Shown here piece after piece: positions 1 through 6,091 of a DNA stretch of 37,640 nt (the stretch's first letter is position 1; every line of letters starts with the position of its first letter). The notes beneath the pieces were generated by a model. That model was given only the letters and a program-made list of their open reading frames with translations. It made no database searches and was not told where the DNA came from. The stretch covers positions 1-37,640 of the forward strand of contig JBKJKY010000055.1 of the NCBI GenBank assembly GCA_046597175.1. Direction: 5' to 3'. The DNA comes from Parcubacteria group bacterium (GTDB taxonomy: Bacteria; Patescibacteriota; Minisyncoccia; Phycocordibacterales; Zambryskibacteraceae). Both the position numbers and the translations under genes were made by a program.

Positions 1-117
1 CTGCTACTTGATCGTCAATAATTTTGTGAGTTTTACCATGCAGTATTTCTGAAATGGTAACCATGCTGTTTCTTACTTTACAAAGAGGACAAATAATAAT
101 CCGAACAAAAATCATTA
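1..117. repeat. Terminal direct repeat, left copy (circular assembly overlap)
   Basis: 1-117 is identical to 37524-37640 (ctgctacttgatcg...aaaaatcatta) and falls inside a gene. Confidence 0.97.
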
Positions 118-171
118 CGCCATTGTACACCCGAAATGATTACAGCAATTCGACCGTTACTGTGGAAAGTG

Positions 172-238
172 ATACTAAACACAAAACAACTCGTGTCAAG
201 TGAGTTTATATTAAAAATCTATTTAGCTATATTGTCAA
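172..238 (-). promoter_or_regulatory. Sigma70-type promoter(s) reading toward the 37228-37587 gene across the junction
   Basis: TTGACA (199-194), 16 nt, TAGTAT (177-172); a second TTGACA at 238-233 followed by an AT-rich -10-like region. Confidence 0.55.
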
Positions 239-501
239 ATTATATACTTGTTATCCTTGAGAAAGGCATAAATCGCCATTGCGAGGAAGTCTACAGTCTC
301 TTCTTTGAGGTCTCCATTGAGTGCGTGTAAAATTTCGTGGATGTAAGTTTCCTGTATTTGTGACTCAGGTAAGTCATTGCGAATTTTTATAGTATTCCTA
401 GCACGGTTTTGTATACCACAATCATGTTCTATATTTTCAGGGTCCTCAAAAGATACCTTATATATGTGACCTCCTATTTTAAGACGGGATGGGATGTGCA
501 T
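235..501 (-). CDS. Small HExxH metallopeptidase-like phage protein
   Basis: 88 aa ORF with TYIHEILHA motif and downstream EETVD. Confidence 0.7.
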   Translation of the reverse strand: MHIPSRLKIGGHIYKVSFEDPENIEHDCGIQNRARNTIKIRNDLPESQIQETYIHEILHALNGDLKEETVDFLAMAIYAFLKDNKYII

Positions 502-527
502 GTTGTATGTATATACATTGTATATAC

Positions 528-848
528 TTATGTTAATTTACTCTTAGTCTGTTCGTGTGCAATGAGATTGAAAATAGTTGCAGACATATGGTCCTCATCA
601 TCTTCCCCATTCATGTATTGAGCAAAGTGTCGCCATGCAGAACCTTTGAAGCGTTGGAGTTCTTCTTCTGAGCTTGCTAACTGCCAATTGTTGTCACCGT
701 ACTTCACTGCTCCCCTTCCGTACAGCTCAGCGAGCCTCTTGAGAGCCCACAAGGGAACCAGATCATACCTCGGCTTATCTTCCGCGGTATCTCGTTTCAT
801 TCCCGACTTGAACTCTACCCTCTTACCAGAGTCTTTTGTGATGTACAT
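528..848 (-). CDS. dATP/dGTP diphosphohydrolase-like protein (DUF5664 type)
   Basis: Motifs GMKRD..KPRYDLVP, GAVKYGDNNW, AWRH, DEDHM. Confidence 0.85.
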   Translation of the reverse strand: MYITKDSGKRVEFKSGMKRDTAEDKPRYDLVPLWALKRLAELYGRGAVKYGDNNWQLASSEEELQRFKGSAWRHFAQYMNGEDDEDHMSATIFNLIAHEQTKSKLT

Positions 849-1588
849 GTTTTTTGAATTTTACCGTATAACCACTTCCCACATTCTTGGCATTGGAAAC
901 GACTGACGGATCTACCGCCAAGTCTCATTTCTGTACCTCTGCTTTGTAAATGCTTACTCCCACATGCAAAACATTCATCAGGACGTTCCTGGATTTGAGT
1001 AAAGATAGGATAGTTCGTCATCCAAGGCCTCAGTTTCAAATATACTTTCTCTAAAAGGACTACATCCTGCTTATTGTATTTCTTCATCAGCTCCCACGCT
1101 TTCAGGTCCCCGTTCATGCAATCCCTCCACAGCTTTATTCCCCCATTCTCGATTTTGTTTCCGAGATTAAAATACGTTCCAAGACTATTGAGACTGTTTG
1201 AGTTAAATTTGAAATACCGCTTTGCTACTTTCTTTGTATCAATAGACTTGTATGGCGATGGCGGAGTGAGTCCGTGGTATATGAAACGTGCGTTAGATTT
1301 CTTTTGGTCGTGTTGGTCCCCGTTGTGAGCGACTACAACATCAGCTTCGCTAAATAGTTTGTGTAATGATTGACAGAGAGCTTTGTCATTGTGCTTATTA
1401 TTTCTGTATCCTTTAAAGTCTGAGAGTGCTACTACATGGGTTTCTTTTTCACCGAGCCACTTGTATGCGTATGAGAGTAAGTACCATTCTTTGATTGTCT
1501 CAATAGCGTTTTGTTCATAGAGTCCCCAGGTCGTTACGACAGTAGGGCTATTCTCTATGTCATATATTAATGTTTTGGATTTTGTCAT
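815..1588 (-). CDS. DEDD/RNase H-fold 3'-5' exonuclease with C-terminal Zn ribbon
   Basis: YDIEN, AHNGDQHD, SIDT, YNKQDV motifs; CFAC and CQEC pairs. Confidence 0.85.
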   Translation of the reverse strand: MTKSKTLIYDIENSPTVVTTWGLYEQNAIETIKEWYLLSYAYKWLGEKETHVVALSDFKGYRNNKHNDKALCQSLHKLFSEADVVVAHNGDQHDQKKSNARFIYHGLTPPSPYKSIDTKKVAKRYFKFNSNSLNSLGTYFNLGNKIENGGIKLWRDCMNGDLKAWELMKKYNKQDVVLLEKVYLKLRPWMTNYPIFTQIQERPDECFACGSKHLQSRGTEMRLGGRSVSRFQCQECGKWLYGKIQKTCTSQKTLVRG

Positions 1589-1959
1589 TTATTCCAGCAA
1601 GGTTTAGACCAGTTCCATGGTCTTGTACCCTGCGTTTTGTACAGATACAGAGCGTAGTCTGTGTTCCCCTTCAATGTGTAAATGTCCATTCCGAGCTTCT
1701 TTGAACTAGCAAGGTGGTAATGTTCATTAATCTGGTACATTCCCACATCTTGATTGTTTTGTTTACCTCGTAACACCGATCCGTCAGTATCAAATTGCCT
1801 ATTTTCACTTTCGCACTTCGAAATTCTCGTCAGAATATCGGGCACTTCTGGTATTGTTTCAACTTGAACAGCCTGAATGGTGCTTTCAGAGCTTGCAAAA
1901 ATTGGACTTGTAGAAACAATATAGAGAAATGTAAGTAGGAAGCCTAAAATAACTTTGTA
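1585..1959 (-). CDS. SLT/lysozyme-fold muramidase with N-terminal signal or anchor segment; start codon unresolved
   Basis: ISKCES, GMYQIN, GTRPW motifs; frame stays open upstream of the called GTG (1845) to 1959 and encodes YKVILGFLLTFLYIVSTSPIFA. Confidence 0.8.
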   Translation of the reverse strand, partial: YKVILGFLLTFLYIVSTSPIFASSESTIQAVQVETIPEVPDILTRISKCESENRQFDTDGSVLRGKQNNQDVGMYQINEHYHLASSKKLGMDIYTLKGNTDYALYLYKTQGTRPWNWSKPCWNK

Positions 1960-2111
1960 TTAGTACCGAGTACAGAGACATCTCACTTGTTTACGAAGCG
2001 ACTAGCGACGAACCAAGATGCAGGAGCAGTATAAGTGTCGAATTAACTTAGGTATACGTTTTCACGTACTGAAATATCCTATATGTGTAGATAAAAAATA
2101 ACAGTGGATTT

Positions 2112-2204
2112 TTATTGACAACTATCACAAACCATTGCATCTGCTGGGTCTTCAATTTTCACTTCTTCAACTGGAGCTTCTTCTAAGATTGTTTCTTCAA
2201 TCAT
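2112..2204 (-). CDS. 30 aa acidic micro-protein ending in CxxCQ
   Basis: MIEETILEEAPVEEVKIEDPADAMVCDSCQ; ATG at 2204 preceded by A-rich leader. Confidence 0.65.
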   Translation of the reverse strand: MIEETILEEAPVEEVKIEDPADAMVCDSCQ

Positions 2205-2356
2205 TGTTTTTCTGCTATTTGATAATTTGTTGTCGCACCCAGAAGGGGAACTGAGAATGTCTCTCATACATATGGTTTGGCCCAAGACCATCCTTGGACA
2301 GACGCCCAGGGCATCCCCTGTGCCATAATACCCCCACACTATTCCCCTTCAAGACG

Positions 2357-2383
2357 AAACAACAAGGCTTACCGAAGCAAGCC
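2357..2383 (-). terminator. Probable intrinsic terminator
   Basis: GGCTTGC-TTCG-GTAAGCC followed by TTGTTGTTT on the minus strand. Confidence 0.7.
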
Positions 2384-2494
2384 CTAACCTGTAACGTAGG
2401 TTAAACGAGATATTTTATCACCGCCCGATTATCGTTAAGGTGATTATAGAACCCATGAGGAGAAACCAAGCGATGAGGGCCTTTGGGTACTTGT

Positions 2495-2695
2495 TCATTT
2501 CAAGTACACCATTTGAACATCTTCGCATTGCTGGCTTGCTTCAAGACAGAGTGAGTAGCTTGGAGCATCCACCATCTTGTTGTGATAGATGATGTAGGCC
2601 ACTTCCCCATTCCGCATCATGACCACAACGCGGTCAAAGTAGGAGCGAAGGATCTGAATCCTGTCCCCTATCATGTCCCACTTTGGGCGACGCAT
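2495..2695 (-). CDS. Hypothetical protein, SD cassette gene 5
   Basis: 66 aa ORF; GGAGG-ctct-ATG. Confidence 0.7.
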   Translation of the reverse strand: MRRPKWDMIGDRIQILRSYFDRVVVMMRNGEVAYIIYHNKMVDAPSYSLCLEASQQCEDVQMVYLK

Positions 2696-2768
2696 AGAGC
2701 CTCCGTTCGAAAACGATGAAGATGCCGAGAAGGACGTAAGCGATGAATGTGTCTTTTAGGAGTTTCAC
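2634..2768 (-). CDS. Small membrane peptide, SD cassette gene 4
   Basis: GGAGG-aaac-GTG; MKLLKDTFIAYVLLGIFIVFERR... (44 aa); overlaps both neighbours. Confidence 0.45.
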   Translation of the reverse strand: MKLLKDTFIAYVLLGIFIVFERRLYASPKVGHDRGQDSDPSLLL

Positions 2769-2955
2769 GTTTCCTCCCTTTGAAGCGTCTGAGACGAGTA
2801 AGGAGAGCGATGATTTCATCCAGACTCCTGTTACCAAAGCAAGCATGCCATGCTTCATGGCGACACCGTTTGATAAGGAGCTTGTTACGAGGTAGTGGCT
2901 GTGCACCTTTCCGCAAAGCTTCACGGCTTACAAGGTGATGTAAATCACGTTTCAC
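2671..2955 (-). CDS. His-rich, HNH-like small protein, SD cassette gene 3
   Basis: HHLVSR...N...RHEAWHACFGN; GGAGA-gaac-GTG; GTGA overlap with upstream gene. Confidence 0.6.
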   Translation of the reverse strand: MKRDLHHLVSREALRKGAQPLPRNKLLIKRCRHEAWHACFGNRSLDEIIALLTRLRRFKGRKRETPKRHIHRLRPSRHLHRFRTEALCVAQSGT

Positions 2956-3089
2956 GTTCTCTCCTTAGTCGAGGTCTTCAGTAACTTCGAGGGAATGCAA
3001 AGGTGACAAATGAACATCTTGACTCGATTACTTCGGTATGGCTTTACATTCATTATGAAGCATCTACATTGAGGGCAAACAAGTTTCAT
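2952..3089 (-). CDS. 45 aa CxxC/CxxC zinc-finger micro-protein, SD cassette gene 2 (not in ORF track)
   Basis: MKLVCPQCRCFIMNVKPYRSNRVKMFICHLCIPSKLLKTSTKERT; GGAGG-acga-ATG; ATGA overlap. Confidence 0.7.
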   Translation of the reverse strand: MKLVCPQCRCFIMNVKPYRSNRVKMFICHLCIPSKLLKTSTKERT

Positions 3090-3238
3090 TCGTCCTCCGA
3101 TACTTCAGGATGAAGTACGAGAAGGAAATCTAACTGCATTGCAACTTCACAGTCAATACAACTTACTTCTTTTGCGGGCTCAATTCCTTCTTGGATTGTT
3201 ACACCGCAGTTTTGACACACCACCTTGCGATCAAGCAT
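3086..3238 (-). CDS. 50 aa CxxC/CxxC zinc-finger micro-protein, SD cassette gene 1 (not in ORF track)
   Basis: MLDRKVVCQNCGVTIQEGIEPAKEVSCIDCEVAMQLDFLLVLHPEVSEDE; AAAGGAGG-agtt-ATG. Confidence 0.75.
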   Translation of the reverse strand: MLDRKVVCQNCGVTIQEGIEPAKEVSCIDCEVAMQLDFLLVLHPEVSEDE

Positions 3239-3287
3239 AACTCCTCCTTTGAAAGGGCGTTCCAATTTCTATGTTTACTGTGTCACT

Positions 3288-3305
3288 TTAAAAGTCCAGC
3301 TAATT
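3288..3305 (-). promoter_or_regulatory. 18 bp element identical to 37191-37208, probable promoter -35/operator
   Basis: TTAAAAGTCCAGCTAATT at both sites, both upstream of minus-strand units. Confidence 0.7.
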
Positions 3306-3472
3306 TACCTGACAGGCTCAACAGTCACTAAACGGATGATTATGTCAAGTGCTGATTTTGCCATAATTAAGAGCCCAACGTCTGGATATTGAGTAGAGAA
3401 TGCTACCACTATTCCTAATACTGACTGACTTACTGCGATCCAAAAAGTTTTTGATTTAAATATTGATTTCAT
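3305..3472 (-). CDS. Putative holin, 55 aa (not in ORF track)
   Basis: MKSIFKSKTFWIAVSQSVLGIVVAFSTQYPDVGLLIMAKSALDIIIRLVTVEPVR; two hydrophobic segments; ATGA overlap with endolysin. Confidence 0.7.
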   Translation of the reverse strand: MKSIFKSKTFWIAVSQSVLGIVVAFSTQYPDVGLLIMAKSALDIIIRLVTVEPVR

Positions 3473-3948
3473 ACGTTTCTAAAGTAATAAATTGGATAAC
3501 CTCCCTTTGTTTTATATCGTGCTGTCCACGTTGCGATGGTATAGTTTGCTTCGAATTTCCCTGTATAAGAATTGTTCGACATGACTATTCCCTGCCTCCC
3601 TACTATGCCTGTGTGTCCGTGAGTAATGCCATTTTTACCACCCATTCCTGTTGGTGATATAAGGATGTCTCCTGGAATTGGCAAGGTCACCTCAACCCAA
3701 TCCAAGCTCTTTGCGAGATAATCATAGAGTGCAGAAGTCGAAATGATAATTGGTTGAATTCCCGCTACATTCGAAACAGTCTCCGCACAGCCTAATTCAT
3801 CTGGGGCTAGATCATTTGGGGACGCATCTACTCCAAGAAGGCTAACGGCCCTTTGGTAGATAGTAGTTCCTTTGTCGGTAGTTTTATTTTCCTTGATAAC
3901 TGAAACCATACCGATTAGTTTTTGTAGTATATTCTTTAATCGTTCCAT
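3469..3948 (-). CDS. Endolysin candidate, NlpC/P60-CHAP-like Cys-His peptidase
   Basis: LGCAETVS, PGDILI, HGHTGIV motifs; likely start ATG 3948 overlapping the upstream stop. Confidence 0.75.
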   Translation of the reverse strand: MERLKNILQKLIGMVSVIKENKTTDKGTTIYQRAVSLLGVDASPNDLAPDELGCAETVSNVAGIQPIIISTSALYDYLAKSLDWVEVTLPIPGDILISPTGMGGKNGITHGHTGIVGRQGIVMSNNSYTGKFEANYTIATWTARYKTKGGYPIYYFRNV

Positions 3949-4199
3949 TATTTTTTTATTACTAAAGCCAGTAACGCTACGAGGACCGTACTGAGTATGA
4001 TTCCCACTCCCCACTTAAAACCGTCCTCTACCCATCTGTGAGCAAATCTTGTTTCAGAAGCTGAAATGAAGGCATCTAATTTGTCCTCTATTCTTTTATT
4101 GGTGGCTTTGTTATCAGAAAAACCACTGTCAACTTTTGTCTTGATGTCTTCCATTTGTGTTTCAAGTCTTATTATCTTTTGTGTGTCTGAGCTCGTCAT
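3948..4199 (-). CDS. Coiled-coil protein with C-terminal transmembrane helix (lysis-module membrane protein)
   Basis: 83 aa; WGVGIILSTVLVALLALVIKK C-terminus; directly upstream of endolysin. Confidence 0.65.
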   Translation of the reverse strand: MTSSDTQKIIRLETQMEDIKTKVDSGFSDNKATNKRIEDKLDAFISASETRFAHRWVEDGFKWGVGIILSTVLVALLALVIKK

Positions 4200-4204
4200 G
4201 CTGT

Positions 4205-4375
4205 TTATGCACTAGATTCTGATTCTTTTTCAATTGCTGTTTCTTTAGCCTCTTCCTTTTCTGTCATAGACATAATCTTTTGGACAAGTAATACAAACAA
4301 CTCAGACTCAGCACCTTTAAGGTCTACTCGTGCAAGAAACGCTCTTAGATTGTTACTTTCTTCTTTGGTGAACAT
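4205..4375 (-). CDS. Small hypothetical protein
   Basis: MFTKEESNNLRAFL..., 56 aa from ATG 4375. Confidence 0.55.
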   Translation of the reverse strand: MFTKEESNNLRAFLARVDLKGAESELFVLLVQKIMSMTEKEEAKETAIEKESESSA

Positions 4376-4392
4376 AATATTTTGATTATTTA

Positions 4393-5586
4393 TTAAATTG
4401 AAAATCTCGGAATGGAAACAGCACACAACATCGAAATACCCGTGACGATAGTGCTTGTCCCTGCCGTTCCTGTTACGAATTGATAGTTGATTTGGTCGCC
4501 TGTGAGGATATAGTCGCCAGCGTTTACAGTGTCTCGGAATAGTCCTGTGGTGCTTCCTGTGATTGGTGTATTTTGGATGACGTTTCCACTATTTTTACGG
4601 AGTCGAAATGTCCCATCATTGGTAACAGTATTTGCTTGCACTCGCACCTGTAATCCTGAAGCCGTGAAGCTAAATGGAGCTTTGATTTGGGTATCAGATT
4701 CTGTGGTTATACCCTGATTGATACTACCGCCCAATGGTACATAGTTAGTGACACTGACTGCGAATGTTGCCGCTGCCCCAACCTGTTGCCCTGAAAACAT
4801 TTGGAAACTTCTTGAGGGAGTATCTTGCTCAATCATAAGGCCCTGCGAAAGGCGGAAGGTTCCAGAACCAGCACCTGTGAGTATGTACGCACAAACTGTA
4901 TCTCCAATAGAAGCCACCACACTATTTGCACTATCTTCAAAATACCCTGTTGTTGCAGTGGCTACTGTTTGTTTTAGTGCCGAGTCTGCTCCATTTAGTC
5001 GTAAGCCAACAGTGGTGGTGTCAGTACGGGTGTTAGTCGAAGCATTAAACCCTAAGTTCTTGTATGAACCATACACAAGTACATTCATCAATACGTCACT
5101 CTCTGTAGTGGGGGGCACGCCACCACGCCCCCCTAGAGCATAGAAATACCTTGTACTCACCCCCGTCACTGCGTCACAATCAGTTGCACCTATTCTATTG
5201 ACAGTCCCTGTTGTAGAATCAAAAACTATTTTACCAGAGGTATATATAAAGGAAGTACCACCAGCTCCCACCACCAACTGAGTATTTATTTTATCTCCGG
5301 CGGCAACAGTATCCGTACCCGAAGTATCTTCATATTCACCAGTACCAGTAATACTCGTGACCGACTGAGTTCCGTTTGCCCCGTTTATTCGAAATTTATA
5401 CGTTGACGCGGCTCTATCATTAGACACAACCCGAACATACAAACCACTAAAAACTCCTGCTGTACGAGCAATGAACACATTGTCACTACTTGTTTGGAAA
5501 TTAGAATTAGTAGCAGAAATACTCTGAGTAGAGCCAGCACCTACTGAGGTTCTTGATTTGCCTTGAAATAAAGCGACCGTACTCAT
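4393..5586 (-). CDS. Putative virion/receptor-binding protein with three internal beta-rich repeats
   Basis: 397 aa, G/T/S-rich; three similar segments GLYVRVVSN..FRINGANG, NLGFNASTN..LRLNGADS, GLQVRVQAN..LRKNSGN. Confidence 0.6.
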   Translation of the reverse strand: MSTVALFQGKSRTSVGAGSTQSISATNSNFQTSSDNVFIARTAGVFSGLYVRVVSNDRAASTYKFRINGANGTQSVTSITGTGEYEDTSGTDTVAAGDKINTQLVVGAGGTSFIYTSGKIVFDSTTGTVNRIGATDCDAVTGVSTRYFYALGGRGGVPPTTESDVLMNVLVYGSYKNLGFNASTNTRTDTTTVGLRLNGADSALKQTVATATTGYFEDSANSVVASIGDTVCAYILTGAGSGTFRLSQGLMIEQDTPSRSFQMFSGQQVGAAATFAVSVTNYVPLGGSINQGITTESDTQIKAPFSFTASGLQVRVQANTVTNDGTFRLRKNSGNVIQNTPITGSTTGLFRDTVNAGDYILTGDQINYQFVTGTAGTSTIVTGISMLCAVSIPRFSI

Positions 5587-6074
5587 TATTTTGTAACTAC
5601 TTTTCCTTGTAATTTACTGTTAATCTCTGTCTCGAGGTCTGTTTTGTCGGATTGAGAAAAGCTCGAAAGGTCAATTGCTACCGTGCCGTCTGTGTTTACT
5701 TCCCACTTGTATTCTTTCTCTCGAACTTCATTAGGAATATTGACACTTTCCACACTCATAGATGCACCAGTGGCTACGGATAGGAGAGCAATCATATCTT
5801 TTTCTTGCACTGTAAGTACTCTGGTTGTTTTTCCTGATAGGTTGAAAATTCCCTCAAGTTTGTTTTTGGTCTGATTGGTTTCGAGGCACGCATCGTATGA
5901 TAGGTTCAAATCTTTTTTATCGTGGATTGCACAGAAACTGATTGTACTTTCCACGCCTTCTTTATTGGTGAAACTTTGTACAGGCACATATTCTGTCTGC
6001 ACGTCAGTATCCATTTCCATTGTTATTACACACTTACATGTATCGGGACTCCAAGTTCTATTTTGTATATTCAT
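5586..6074 (-). CDS. Hypothetical protein downstream of fibre
   Basis: 162 aa from ATG 6074; WSPDTCKC and CAIH motifs. Confidence 0.65.
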   Translation of the reverse strand: MNIQNRTWSPDTCKCVITMEMDTDVQTEYVPVQSFTNKEGVESTISFCAIHDKKDLNLSYDACLETNQTKNKLEGIFNLSGKTTRVLTVQEKDMIALLSVATGASMSVESVNIPNEVREKEYKWEVNTDGTVAIDLSSFSQSDKTDLETEINSKLQGKVVTK

Positions 6075-6091
6075 ATTATTTTTGTTAGTTA

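Noticed and set aside
1-117. Biological direct terminal repeat
   Set aside because: The repeat lies within a gene and looks like an assembler overlap; real termini need read-end analysis
528-848. Z-genome (2-aminoadenine DNA) system suggested by the dNTP diphosphohydrolase
   Set aside because: No PurZ, HD-type dATPase or phage DNA polymerase is recognisable
2205-2339. N-terminal extension of the 75 aa ORF 2112-2339
   Set aside because: Composition changes abruptly at the ATG at 2204, which has the A-rich leader typical of this genome
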